A stretch of DNA of 64,000 nt from an uncultured Acidobacteriaceae bacterium (lineage in GTDB: Bacteria > Acidobacteriota > Terriglobia > Terriglobales > Acidobacteriaceae), in the NCBI GenBank assembly GCA_963713395.1, contig CAVQLS010000001.1:574515-638514 (forward strand), in the 5' to 3' direction. The notes under the pieces were generated by a model. It saw nothing but the letters and a program-made list of their open reading frames with translations. It did no database searches and had not been told where the DNA came from. A program made the translations under genes and the position numbers. Shown here piece by piece: positions 52,013 to 62,441 of the stretch. Position 1 is the stretch's first letter; the number at the start of each line of letters is the position of its first letter.

Positions 52013-53410
52013 CGAAACAGCCTCACGCACCGGCACCGCAGTCGGCCGCCCCACGCTCAGGTAGGTGAAGCCGTGCTCCTGCATCACTGCGGGATCGAAC
52101 AGATTGCGTCCGTCGACAACGATCGGATAACGCAGCGCGCTATGCAGACGCCGCAGATCGAGCCCTGCAAACTCCTTCCAATCGGTGAGAATCAACAACC
52201 CGTCGGCGTCTTTCGCCGCCTCATAAGCATCCGCGGCATAGCTCATCGACGATGAGGGCGGCAGTTCCAGCCGCGCACGCTCCATCGCCGCCGGGTCATA
52301 TGCGACGACGCAGCATCCCTCACCGAGCAACATCTCCACCAGGTCAATCGCCGGCGACTCGCGCACGTCGTCGGTCTCTCCCTTGAACGAGAGCCCTAAC
52401 ACCGCCAGCCGTTTTCCGCGCAGCGTCCAGAGCGCCGACTGCACTTTGCTCAGGAAGCGCCGCTTCTGCTGCGCATTGATCTTCTCCACCTCGCTCAAGA
52501 GGTTGAAGTCCACGCCCATCTGCTGCGCGACGGAGCGAAAGGCCGCGACGTCCTTCGGGAAGCACGATCCGCCATAGCCGATTCCCGGACGTAGAAAACC
52601 CGGGCCGATGCGCGAATCCAGCCCAATCCCGCGCGCCACCTGCTCTACGTTGGCGTCCGCCGCCTCGCACAGGTTTGACACCGCGTTGATGAACGAGATC
52701 TTCATCGCCAGAAACGCATTCGACGCGTGCTTGATGATCTCCGCGCTCTTCGTCGAGGTCATCAGCAGCGGCGGCGGCGAGTGCATCGAGCAATCGCCTT
52801 CGATCGCTTCGCCCTTCTCGTAGTAGGCTCCGGTCATCAGTGGCGCATAGATCTGCTTCAGAAGAGCCGCCCCGCGCTGGCTGTCCGCGCCCACCACAAT
52901 CCGGTCCGGATGCAGGAAGTCTTCGACGGCCGTGCCTTCGCGCAGAAACTCCGGATTCGAAACCACATCGAACATCTCGCGGCTGACCCCATTGCGTTCG
53001 ATGACGCGCCGGATCCACTCGTTGGTATAGACCGGCACCGTGCTCTTCTCCACGATGACCTTGTATCCGCTGATGTGCCGCGCTATCTCGCTGGCCACCG
53101 CTTCCACATAGGAAAGGTCGGCGTCGCCGTTCTCCGCCTGCGGCGTACCTACGGCGATGAAGATCGCGTCGCACTCCCGCGTGGCCTCGGCCAGGTCGGT
53201 CGTAAACCTCACCCGCGTGTTTCTGTACCGCTCCAGCAGCTCCGGAAGGTGCTTCTCGTGAATGAGGCTGTCGCCACTCCGCAGCGCAGCCACCTTGCCC
53301 TCGTCGTTATCGACGCAAATAACCTGGTGACCGATCTCCGCGAAACAGATGGCTGCCACGAGTCCCACGTACCCAGACCCGACAACTGCTATCTGGCAAG
53401 CATCTTCCAT
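51998..53410 (-). CDS. ugd: UDP-glucose 6-dehydrogenase
   Basis: ATG at 53410 gives [18 protein letters not shown]. Also GGSCFPKDV and [13 protein letters not shown]. Confidence 0.9.
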   Translation of the reverse strand: MEDACQIAVVGSGYVGLVAAICFAEIGHQVICVDNDEGKVAALRSGDSLIHEKHLPELLERYRNTRVRFTTDLAEATRECDAIFIAVGTPQAENGDADLSYVEAVASEIARHISGYKVIVEKSTVPVYTNEWIRRVIERNGVSREMFDVVSNPEFLREGTAVEDFLHPDRIVVGADSQRGAALLKQIYAPLMTGAYYEKGEAIEGDCSMHSPPPLLMTSTKSAEIIKHASNAFLAMKISFINAVSNLCEAADANVEQVARGIGLDSRIGPGFLRPGIGYGGSCFPKDVAAFRSVAQQMGVDFNLLSEVEKINAQQKRRFLSKVQSALWTLRGKRLAVLGLSFKGETDDVRESPAIDLVEMLLGEGCCVVAYDPAAMERARLELPPSSSMSYAADAYEAAKDADGLLILTDWKEFAGLDLRRLHSALRYPIVVDGRNLFDPAVMQEHGFTYLSVGRPTAVPVREAVSAAIG

Positions 53411-53549
53411 CCCGCTGCTCCTTGAATTGCGTCGCCGAAGAATTCCTATGCCTTCGCATTGTAGAACCTCACTGCCCGTGCCGCCCGGTTGTCTCCCCAT
53501 GTTCAAACGCCCTCCGGTCGGGGCAGATTTTCAAGTAGACTAGGGACCA

Positions 53550-55806
53550 ATGACCTCCGGAAGGCCCGAAGTTTCCCCACTGCCAGCAGATGCAAACCCG
53601 ACTGCTGGGGCCGGGCATAATCCCGCCGATACGACCTTATCGGAGGCGCTCCTCACTGTCAGAAAACGCAAATACCTCATCGCCGCCATCGCGTCGCTCG
53701 GCATCGCCTATGGGTTTTACAAGGGCACCACGCAACCCCGCCTCTATCAGGCGACCGGCACCATCGAGATTCGCACCGGCTCGTCGAACCAGTTTCGCGT
53801 CAATGCAAGCAGCCGGCTACGGATCGGCAAGCTCTTCGCTTCAGACGCAGGTTGCGATCATTAAGAGCGATACGGTTCTGTTGACCGTCGCCCGTGACCT
53901 CGACCTGCCCAACAACGCTGCCTTTACGGGCTACTACGGTCCTAACCGACACCTCAGCCTCGACGACCTGAACGTGCGCCAAGGCACCCTGAACGGCATG
54001 AACGCCGACATCAGCGTCGGCGTCGTACCCAAGACGGACCTCGTTCAGATCAGCTGCCAGACTCTGGATCCCAAGCTCTCGTCCGACATCGTCAACCGGC
54101 TCATCCGCGAGTTCATTCAGCGCGACCTGCAGTCGAGCTATGAGGCAACCCAGCGCGTCTCCGACTTCCTCTCGCTGCAACTCCGCGACCTCAAACAGGA
54201 AGTGGAGACTCAGCAGGAGCAGCTGATCGATCTGCAGAAGCGCATCGGCGTCCTCGGCTTCGACCCGCAGCACAATCAGATCCAGTCGACGCTCGACGAC
54301 CTCACACGCGCCGTCAGCGCAGCGCAGATCGCCAGGATTCAGCAGCAGGCCCGCTACAAGACGCTCAGCACCATGAACCCGGACGCGCTGGACGGAACGA
54401 TCGGCGCCCAGGCGGCAGGCGGACTTTCGACAAGCCTCAGCGGTCTCCGAGCCACTCGCGAACAGCTCTTGGCGCGGTACGCAGAACTCAGCGCAACGCT
54501 CGGCCGAATCACCCGCAGGTCAAGGCCCTCACCGCCCAGATCAACGAGATCGACAAGCAGATCGGCGACGAGCAGAAACGCCTGCTCGACCAGGCACATC
54601 AGGCCTACGTTGCCGCCAGTGATAACGAGCAGCAGACCCGCGGCGCGCTCGAGGCCGAGAAGGCTGAGGCCTATAAGCTGCGCGACGATCTCGTTGAGTA
54701 CACGCTTCGCCAGCGCGACTTTGAATCCAACCGCACGCTCTACGAGGGCCTCTCGCAGCGCCTCCGCACCGCCGGCATCGAGGCTGGGCTCGAGTCGACC
54801 GAGATCGACATCATCGACAACGCCGTTCCGCCGGTCGCTCCCACATTGCAGTCCCGCTCCAGCATGATGCTGGTTGATGGAATCCTGATGCTCACGCTCG
54901 GCATCGTCCTCGCCTTCGTCCTCGAGAGCCTCGACACTGGCATCCGCACTGTCGCGCAGATCGAAGCCATCTCCGGCCTTCCGTCGCTCGCGCTCATCCC
55001 GCGCATTCGCCGCAGTGCCCCTGAGATAGCCGCGCAAACTGCTGTGCAGCGAAATCTTGGCGTCATTGGTGCGCCTATGTCGCAGTTCGCGGAAGCCTTC
55101 CGCGCCTTGCGCACCTCGCTGCTGCTGTCTGTTGCCGGACGCGAGCCCCAGGTGATACTGCTGACCAGCGCGACTCCCAGCGAAGGCAAGACAACCGTCG
55201 CCATGAACCTCGCCTGCGTCCTCGCCCAGCGCGACGTTCGCGTTCTGCTCATCGATGCCGACCTGCGCCGTCCGACCGTGCACCACCGGTTCAACATCAA
55301 CGGAAAGGTCGGCCTCAGCTCTGTGCTCACCGGAAGCGTCCCGCTGCAGCAGGCCGTCCAGCAGGTTTCCGAGGTCCCGAGGCTCGACATCCTGGTTAGC
55401 GGACCGGTGCCTCCCTTCCCGACCGAGATGCTGGCCTCGGACGCCATGAACCGGTTGCTCGCCGAGTGCCGCGGAGCTTACACCCACATCGTCCTCGATT
55501 CGCCTCCGCTGCTCTCCATCACCGACAGCGTGGTCCTTGCCCACGACTGCAGACGCCGTCGTTCTCGTCGTCCGGCAGGGCAAGGCCAACAAGCATGCCG
55601 TCCGCCGCGCACGCGATCTCCTGATGCGTGCCGGCACCCGCATCACCGGCACCGTGCTCAACGCCGTCGACCTCAACTCCCCCGAGTACTATGCCTACTA
55701 TGGCTACTCCGGATACTCCGGCTATGCGTCCGGCGGCGTCGACAGCAAGGCGTGGGATTCGCGCGGAAGCGAAAAGTCGGGCCGGCGCAACGGAGGTGAA
55801 AAGTGA
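53550..55806 (+). pseudogene. Wzc/GumC-like polysaccharide co-polymerase with BY-kinase domain, at least 3 frameshifts
   Basis: Frame 0: TLSEALLTVRKRKYLIAAIASLGIAYGFY (Wzz TM1). Frame 1: SLQTQVAIIKSDTVLLTVARDL...coiled coil...YAELSATLG. Frame 0: PNHPQVKALTAQINEID...Walker A SATPSEGKTTVAMNLA, LLIDADLRRP, IVLDSPP. Frame 1: ADAVVLVVRQGKA...Tyr cluster YYAYYGYSGYSGY. Shifts lie near 53800-53830, 54503 and 55545-55552. Confidence 0.85.
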
Positions 55807-56801
55807 CCGCGTACATATCACCATCGCTTCGCAATCGCTCGCGCCTGCTCTTCGTCTCTATCGTCGCCATCCTTGTGCTGGCGTCCTGCACAGCCTGCCT
55901 GGCGCAGTTCAGCGGCCCGGGCCCAACGATTCAGACGCCCTCAACCGCCACGGTCACAACCGATCGCGCTCTGCTGTTTCCACCTGCCCGCGACCCCTTG
56001 CTCTCGCCTGGGGATCTCATTTCAATTCGCGTCTTCGAGCAGCCCGACTACACCCCGGCGGTCCGCCTCAGTGCTGACGGCAGTGTGCTGCTCCCGCTCA
56101 TCGGCACAGTAGATTTGACCGGCAAGACCCTCTCTCAGGCCGAGAAGATCATTGAGCAGCGGCTCATCGACGCACAAATCTACCGCAACCCGCAGGTCAC
56201 GATTCAACTCGTGGAAGGCCCTAATCAGGTCGCGACGGTCGTTGGCGAAGTACATCAGGTTGTTCCCATCGTCGGCTCGCGCCGCCTGCTGGATGTCCTC
56301 GCCACCGCCGGCGGTCTCCCGCCCACCGCGAGCCACGTCATCACCATCAGCCGCCCCGGAGTCGCCGAGCCCCTCATCGTCGACCTCGGCACCGATCCGC
56401 TTCACAGCGGCCTTGCCAACATTCCCATCTTTGCCGGGGACACCATCATCATCGGCCGCATTGGCGTGGTCTATATGATGGGTGCCTTCAAGAGCCCCGC
56501 AGTCATTCCGCTGACACAATACGCGCCGCTCACACTCATGGAGGCCACGGCAATGAGTGGAGGACTTGCCTTCCAGGGCAAATACGACGACGTTCGCCTC
56601 ATTCGCACCGTTGGCGACCACCGGACGGTCGTCAAGCTCGACATCCAGCACATCCTGCACGGCAAGGACCCAGATCCGATTCTGCAGGCCAATGACATCG
56701 TCTTCATCCCCGACAGCACACTCAAAGCGTCGATCAACAACGGCAGCCTCGGAACTCTCCTCGGCATCGTCTCCCTGTTGATCTCCGTCATTCGTTACTA
56801 A
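55803..56801 (+). CDS. Polysaccharide export protein (Wza-like, Poly_export plus SLBB domains)
   Basis: The GTGA start overlaps the wzc stop. Lipoprotein-like signal ILVLASCTAC. PGDLISIRVFEQPDY...DGSVLLPLIGTVDLTGKTLSQAEKIIEQRL, SLBB-like repeats and a C-terminal TM helix. Confidence 0.85.
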   Translation: MTAYISPSLRNRSRLLFVSIVAILVLASCTACLAQFSGPGPTIQTPSTATVTTDRALLFPPARDPLLSPGDLISIRVFEQPDYTPAVRLSADGSVLLPLIGTVDLTGKTLSQAEKIIEQRLIDAQIYRNPQVTIQLVEGPNQVATVVGEVHQVVPIVGSRRLLDVLATAGGLPPTASHVITISRPGVAEPLIVDLGTDPLHSGLANIPIFAGDTIIIGRIGVVYMMGAFKSPAVIPLTQYAPLTLMEATAMSGGLAFQGKYDDVRLIRTVGDHRTVVKLDIQHILHGKDPDPILQANDIVFIPDSTLKASINNGSLGTLLGIVSLLISVIRY

Positions 56802-56813
56802 CTGGATCTCGAC

Positions 56814-58016
56814 ATGGTGCGCCTCGCCTACGTCGTCTCGCACCCCATCCAGTACCAGGCGCCGCTGCTCCGCCGCATTGCGCGCGAGCCCGGTATCGAC
56901 CTCACCGTCTTCTTCGGTTCGGACTTTTCCGTCCGCGGCTACAAGGACGAGGGCTTCGGCGTCGAGGTCACCTGGGACGTCCCGCTGCTCGACGGCTATC
57001 GCAGCCAGTTCCTGCCGCGCCTGCGCGACACCGGCACCGTCTCTCCGCTGAGCCCCATCAGCCGCGGCATCCTCCGCCGCCTCCGCAACCCTGATGGCTC
57101 GCCTGCATTCGACGCGCTCTGGGTCCACGGCTACGCCAGCGTCAACGCGCTGCACGCCATCCTCGCCGCCAACGCTCTCGGCATCCCCGTCCTCCTCCGT
57201 GCTGAGTCCTGGCTCGCCGATCGCCCGCGCAGCCTCTCTACGCTTCTCACCAAGCAGCTCTTCCTTCGCCTGCTCCGGCCAGCCATCGCCGCCACGCTTC
57301 CCATTGGCTCGCGCAACCGCGACTACTGGGCCCGCTACTTCGGCCCCCACATGCCGCAGTTCCTCATGCCCTACGCCGTCGACAACGCCTGGTTCGCGCA
57401 ACGCACAGCCGCCGCGGATCCGATCAAGCTTCGTACCGAGCTGCAACTCACTTCCGGCCGCCCCGTCATCCTGTTCGCCTCCAAGTTGCAGACGCGCAAG
57501 CACGCCGACCACCTGCTCGAGGCCTACGCCCGCCTCTGCACTACCGCGCCCCATCCGTTCCCCTATCTCGTCATCGTCGGCGACGGCGAAGAGCGCGCCG
57601 GCCTCGAAGCGCGTGCCCGCGAACTAGCCCTCGAAGGCATCCGCTTCCCCGGCTTCCGCAATCAGTCCGAACTCCCCGCCTTCTTCGCGCTCGCCGACGT
57701 CTTCGTGCTGCCCTCCCGTCACGAGCCCTGGGGCCTCATCGTCAATGAAGCCATGGCCGCCGGCTGCGCCGTCATCGTCTCCGACGAGGTAGGCGCCCAC
57801 GCCGATCTCGTCACCAACGGCGTCGAGGGCTTCGTCTTCCCCGTCGGCGACATCGACGCCCTCACCGCCGCCCTCGCTCGCGTCGTCTCCAGCCCCGAAC
57901 AAACCCAGCGCATGGGCAACGCGGCCAAGGCTCGCATCGCCTCCTGGGACTTCGAGGCCGACGTCCGCGGCCTCCGCCGGGCGCTCGCCGCGGTCACCGG
58001 CAAACTCCGGCCCTGA
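56814..58016 (+). CDS. GT4-family glycosyltransferase
   Basis: 400 aa. C-terminal GT-B motif ADVFVLPSRHEPWGLIVNEAMAAGCAVIVSDEVGA. Confidence 0.8.
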   Translation: MVRLAYVVSHPIQYQAPLLRRIAREPGIDLTVFFGSDFSVRGYKDEGFGVEVTWDVPLLDGYRSQFLPRLRDTGTVSPLSPISRGILRRLRNPDGSPAFDALWVHGYASVNALHAILAANALGIPVLLRAESWLADRPRSLSTLLTKQLFLRLLRPAIAATLPIGSRNRDYWARYFGPHMPQFLMPYAVDNAWFAQRTAAADPIKLRTELQLTSGRPVILFASKLQTRKHADHLLEAYARLCTTAPHPFPYLVIVGDGEERAGLEARARELALEGIRFPGFRNQSELPAFFALADVFVLPSRHEPWGLIVNEAMAAGCAVIVSDEVGAHADLVTNGVEGFVFPVGDIDALTAALARVVSSPEQTQRMGNAAKARIASWDFEADVRGLRRALAAVTGKLRP

Positions 58017-58065
58017 ACCCAAAGCCTCACCACCCCGCGGCATTCCACACGCATCCCCGCTTGGT

Positions 58066-59280
58066 ATGCTTACCCCCAAGAGCCAACCTCCGCGAATGAG
58101 AATCCTCCACATCGTCGGCACCGTCAGCCCCGCCGCCGGCGGCCCGACCGAGGTCATCCGGATGCTCGTCCGCTACGCTCCTCCGGGCTACACCAGCGAG
58201 CTCGCCACCCTCGACGATCCAGCCGCACCCTTCCTCCGCGATCTCCCGTTCCCGGTCCACGCACTCGGCTCCGCTCACAAGCGCTGGTTCCGCCCATCCC
58301 TCCTCCGATGGCTGCGGAAAAACCGTTCGCAATTCGACGGAGTTATTGTGCATGGCCTGTGGGAATTTACCGGCCTTTCAGCATTGTTGAGCACAGTTAA
58401 GTATCCAGGCTATGTTGTATTTACACATGGGATGCTCGACCCGTACTTTAAGCGGGCGTACCCTGCAAAGCATGCCAAGAAGTGGCTCTACTGGCTCCCC
58501 GCTGAATACTGGGTGCTCCGCGGTGCCCGTCGCGTCCTCTTCACCACGAACGCCGAACGCGACCTCGCCGCTCAGAGCTTCTGGCTGCACCGCTGGAAAC
58601 CCATGGTTGTCCCCCTCGGTTCCGAGGCCCCGCCACCCGACACCTCCGCCCTCCTCGAGGCCTTCCACGCCGTCTGCCCGGAAGTCGCCGGCCGCCGATT
58701 TCTCCTGTTCCTCGGCCGCATCAACGAGAAGAAGGGCTGCGATCTCCTCGTCCAGGCCTTCGCCAGGCTCTGCGCCGAGCACCCCGATCTTCACCTCGTG
58801 ATGGCCGGCCCTGACCCCGCCGGCTGGCGGGAACGCCTCGAGACCCTCGCCTGCAACTCGGGTTGCACCGACCGCATCCACTGGCCCGGCCTTCTGCTCG
58901 GCGATGCGAAGTGGGGCGCCTTCGCAGCCTGTGAAGCCTTTGTCCTCCCCTCGCACCAGGAGAACTTCGGAGTCGCCGTCGTCGAGGCCCTCGCCTCAGG
59001 CCGTGCCGTCCTGCTCACGCACCCTGTCAACATCGCGCAGGATCTCGAGGCCGACGGCTCCGCGCTCGTCGAACCAGACACCGAAGAAGGCATCACCCGC
59101 CTCCTCACGCGCTGGCTCGCGCTGACCCCGTCGCAGCAAGCCGAGATGGCTTCCCGCGCGCGCGACAGCTTCCTTCGCCGCTACGACATGCGCCGCAACG
59201 CCGAGGCCATCCTGCGTGTCTTCGAGAAGCCCAATACCGCACAGGCGTCCCACGCTGCCCCGCTTACGGAGGCCCGCTGA
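58066..59280 (+). CDS. GT4-family glycosyltransferase
   Basis: 404 aa. MRILHIVGTVSPAAGGP...CEAFVLPSHQENFGVAVVEALASGRAVLLT. Confidence 0.8.
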   Translation: MLTPKSQPPRMRILHIVGTVSPAAGGPTEVIRMLVRYAPPGYTSELATLDDPAAPFLRDLPFPVHALGSAHKRWFRPSLLRWLRKNRSQFDGVIVHGLWEFTGLSALLSTVKYPGYVVFTHGMLDPYFKRAYPAKHAKKWLYWLPAEYWVLRGARRVLFTTNAERDLAAQSFWLHRWKPMVVPLGSEAPPPDTSALLEAFHAVCPEVAGRRFLLFLGRINEKKGCDLLVQAFARLCAEHPDLHLVMAGPDPAGWRERLETLACNSGCTDRIHWPGLLLGDAKWGAFAACEAFVLPSHQENFGVAVVEALASGRAVLLTHPVNIAQDLEADGSALVEPDTEEGITRLLTRWLALTPSQQAEMASRARDSFLRRYDMRRNAEAILRVFEKPNTAQASHAAPLTEAR

Positions 59281-59897
59281 TGCCCCGCCCGGCCGACTAC
59301 CGCGCTGACCAGCACATCACCACCGGCAACGACCCTTACACACGGCCGGCCTTCTCCTTCGGCAATCGGGCCGCTCGTCTGCTCTGGAACATCACCTGGC
59401 TGCTGCTCTACCGTCCCTCGCCGCGGCCCCTGCATGCATGGCGCGCTCTCCTGCTCCGCCTCTTCGGCGCGACGCTCGGCCCGGACTGCCACTTCTATCC
59501 GGCCTCGCGTGTCTGGGCTCCGTGGAACCTGCGCTGTGCCGACCACGTCGCCGCCGGCGATGGCGTCGAGATCTACAACCCCTCGCCCATGACACTCGGA
59601 TCGCATGTCATCCTCTCGCAGGATTGTTACCTCTGCGGCGCGACGCACGATTACAACGATCCCGCGTTCCCTCTGCTGGCCTATGCCATGACCATCGAGC
59701 CCTATGCCTGGATCTGCGCGCGCGCCTCAGTCGCTCCCGGCATCCTGATCGGTGAAGGCGCCGTGCTCGGCCTCGGCTCCGTGGCGACGCGCGACCTCGA
59801 GCCCTGGACCGTCTACTCCGGCAACCCCGCGCAGCCCATCCGCCAGCGCCAGCGCAGCGAAGCAGCCACTCCAACTGCGGAGACTGCCGCGCAGTGA
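59280..59897 (+). CDS. Hexapeptide-repeat O-acetyltransferase (WcaF-like)
   Basis: FSFGNRAARLLWNITWLLLYRPSP..., a left-handed beta-helix repeat region, and YSGNPAQPIRQR. The ATG overlaps the upstream TGA. Confidence 0.75.
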   Translation: MPRPADYRADQHITTGNDPYTRPAFSFGNRAARLLWNITWLLLYRPSPRPLHAWRALLLRLFGATLGPDCHFYPASRVWAPWNLRCADHVAAGDGVEIYNPSPMTLGSHVILSQDCYLCGATHDYNDPAFPLLAYAMTIEPYAWICARASVAPGILIGEGAVLGLGSVATRDLEPWTVYSGNPAQPIRQRQRSEAATPTAETAAQ

Positions 59898-60736
59898 GCG
59901 CCACGCCCAACGTCTCCGTGCTCATCCTCACGCTCAACGAGGAGCAAGACCTGCCCGGCTGCCTCGACTCCGTCGCATGGTCCGACGACATCCACGTCTT
60001 CGACTCCAACTCCACCGACCGCACCTCCGAAATCGCCCGCGCGCGCGGCGTCACCGTCACTACGCGCACCTTCGACACCTATGCGCGTCAGCGCAACGCC
60101 GCAATGCAGCTTCCATTCCGCCATCCGTGGGTCCTCGTCCTCGACGCCGATGAACGCGCCACGCCCGAGCTCTCCCTCGAGATTCAGCGCGCCGCCGCAG
60201 AGGCGCCTGCAAACGTCAGCGCCTTCCGCATCCGCCGCCGCGACTTCCTCTGGGGAACGTGGCTGAAACACGCGCAACTCACGCCCTACTACGTGCGCCT
60301 GCTTCGCGTTGGCAGTGTCCACTACACGCGCGACGTCAACGAGTTCGTCGAGGTCGAAGGCGACACAGGTCAGCTCTCCGCGCCGCTCGATCACATGGCC
60401 TTCTCAAAGGGGCTCACACACTGGGTCGCGAAGCACAACCAGTACTCCACCAGCGAAGCGGAACTCCTCGCTTCGGGCGATGCCATACGTGACGCATCCC
60501 TCAAAGACGCACTCTTCGCATCGGACTTCCACGATCGCCGCGCCGCGCAGAAGGCGCTCTTCTACCGCATGCCCGCACGTCCGGCACTTAAGTGGATCTA
60601 CATGATATTTGTGCGTGGCGCTGTGCTCGATGGTGCAGCCGGTGTGATGTACGCCACGCTGCAGAGCTTCTATGAGTACCTGATCGAGGTGAAGCGCCGC
60701 GAGATTCTCCGCCGCCGCAGAGGACTGCCGATCTGA
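59894..60736 (+). CDS. GT2-family glycosyltransferase
   Basis: VSVLILTLNEEQDLPGCLDSV...VFDSNSTDRT...VLVLDADE. The GTGA start overlaps the upstream stop. Confidence 0.8.
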   Translation: MSATPNVSVLILTLNEEQDLPGCLDSVAWSDDIHVFDSNSTDRTSEIARARGVTVTTRTFDTYARQRNAAMQLPFRHPWVLVLDADERATPELSLEIQRAAAEAPANVSAFRIRRRDFLWGTWLKHAQLTPYYVRLLRVGSVHYTRDVNEFVEVEGDTGQLSAPLDHMAFSKGLTHWVAKHNQYSTSEAELLASGDAIRDASLKDALFASDFHDRRAAQKALFYRMPARPALKWIYMIFVRGAVLDGAAGVMYATLQSFYEYLIEVKRREILRRRRGLPI

Positions 60737-60841
60737 AACTCCCGCTTAAATGAGAAGGACGAGGGCGAGATACCAGGTGTCATTGCCGATAGGCGCTCAG
60801 GGAGCGTCGGGGCCACCCGCTCGTATCTCGCTCTCGTCTCT

Positions 60842-61222
60842 CTACCCGCGCAATTTGGCGAGCAGATCGGTCGGATGCACGGGCTTGGCCAGTATCTCGA
60901 ACTCATGGCCCTGGGCTCGTGCTCTCTCCAGAAGGTCGGCGGTTGCCGCCTGTCCGGAAAACAATAGTACCTTGCAGTTGGGAAGTTTGGCGCGCGTCTG
61001 AATGGCGGCTTCAATGCCGGTCATGCCGGTCATGATGACGTCGCTGATGAGCATGTCGGGCTTGAAGGTGTCCAACGTCTCAATTGCCTTCTCGCCGCTA
61101 TAGACTGCGCGGGCCTCAAAGCCTGCCTGGTTCAGAATGATTGCAAGGGTGTTCGCAATCACCTGCTCGTCATCGGCGACGAGAACGCGGGGCTTCGAGT
61201 TATTTGTGTTTGCTTCTGCCAT
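60842..61222 (-). CDS. Single-domain CheY-like response regulator
   Basis: ATG at 61222. RVLVADDEQVIANTL...PDMLISDVIMTGMTG...VLLFSGQA...ILAKP has the canonical DD, D, S/T and K residues. Confidence 0.85.
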   Translation of the reverse strand: MAEANTNNSKPRVLVADDEQVIANTLAIILNQAGFEARAVYSGEKAIETLDTFKPDMLISDVIMTGMTGIEAAIQTRAKLPNCKVLLFSGQAATADLLERARAQGHEFEILAKPVHPTDLLAKLRG

Positions 61223-61424
61223 GTGGGTCCCTGAAAAGTTCCTTCCGTGGGCTGCCTTGTTCGTAGCCACAGCGCAACCCACTCTCGTCATGATACGGGA
61301 GGCCAGCCCTGACAACGCAGCTTATCCTAGCCCACTGTGATGCGAACTTCCACAGCAACGCTGCTTAGGTTCTAACGTTTAACATCCTTCCGCACTGGCA
61401 GTTAGACGATGCTACTCTCAAACC

Positions 61425-62243
61425 GTGGTTGACCTTCACCACCATCTTCTGCCGGGGCTGGACGACGGGGCGCCGGACCTCGCCACCACCCTCAAGATGG
61501 CGCGCATGGCCGCCGATGACGGGATTACCCACGTCGTCTGCACACCGCACGCCAACGGCCGCTATCCCTTCGACCCTGAGAAGAACCAGGCACTGCTCGC
61601 CGAGGTGCGCGCGGCGATCGCCGACGCTGGAATCCGGCTCATCCTCGGGTCCGGCTGTGACTTCCACCTCAGCTACGACAATGTGCGTGATGCACTCCAA
61701 AACCCGCGCCGTTACACGGTGAACGGTGGGGAGTACCTGTTAGTGGAGCTGCCGGATTACGCGCTGCCGCCGACGCTGGAGGAGACGTTCTACTCACTGC
61801 GGCTGGCGGGGATAACGCCGATTCTCACGCATCCGGAACGCAACCCCTCGCTGCAGCAGGATGACTCGCGGCTGAAGGACTGGATACGGGACGGGATGCT
61901 GACGCAGGTGACAGCTGCGTCGGTGATGGGGCTGATGGGACGCAAGGCGCAGAAGATGGCGGAGCGGATGCTCGCAGACCGCTGGGTCCACTTCCTCGCG
62001 ACCGACGCGCACAACATCAGTACACGGGCGCCGAAGATGCGGGATGCGCGGGACCACGTCGCGGCTCGGCTCGGCGAGCAGTATGCGCAGAAGCTTTGCA
62101 CCGAAAATCCACAGGCGGTGTTCGACAACCGGACCCTCCCGCCGCAAGAGCCTTCGCAGAAGATCTTCGAATCGGCAGAGGATGAGCTGGTCGACGAGGA
62201 TAAAAAACCGCGGGGGCTGCTGGGGCGGATCTTCCGGAGGTGA
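61425..62243 (+). CDS. PHP-family (CpsB/YwqE-type) protein-tyrosine phosphatase
   Basis: VDLHHHLLPGLDDGA...THVVCTPH...LVELP...ILTHPERN...LATDAHN. Confidence 0.85.
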   Translation: MVDLHHHLLPGLDDGAPDLATTLKMARMAADDGITHVVCTPHANGRYPFDPEKNQALLAEVRAAIADAGIRLILGSGCDFHLSYDNVRDALQNPRRYTVNGGEYLLVELPDYALPPTLEETFYSLRLAGITPILTHPERNPSLQQDDSRLKDWIRDGMLTQVTAASVMGLMGRKAQKMAERMLADRWVHFLATDAHNISTRAPKMRDARDHVAARLGEQYAQKLCTENPQAVFDNRTLPPQEPSQKIFESAEDELVDEDKKPRGLLGRIFRR

Positions 62244-62373
62244 CCCTCTGGCACCCCAGCAAGCAAAGAACGCTCGCCGGGGACCCCTCCCCCTCCCCCA
62301 CTTTTTGCGCAAGGTCTTCAGCGGATTGCGGTTAGGGGTGGACCTAAGTGGTTTTCAAGGTGCCGTAAGAATG

Positions 62374-62400
62374 AAGCCCGGCGGTGAGCCGGGCTTTTGT
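62374..62400 (+). terminator. Rho-independent terminator-like hairpin after the phosphatase gene
   Basis: AAGCCCGGC-GGTGA-GCCGGGCTT followed by TTGTGT. Confidence 0.6.
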
Positions 62401-62441
62401 GTCCTTAAGTTAATTGTATCGGGCGCGTCAAGAGGGCGAGC

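Noticed and set aside
61396-61413. Sigma-54-like promoter TGGCAG-N-GATGCT upstream of the PHP phosphatase gene
   Set aside because: The GG-to-GC spacing is two nucleotides longer than in the TGGCAC-N5-TTGCW consensus, and the -12 element is poor.
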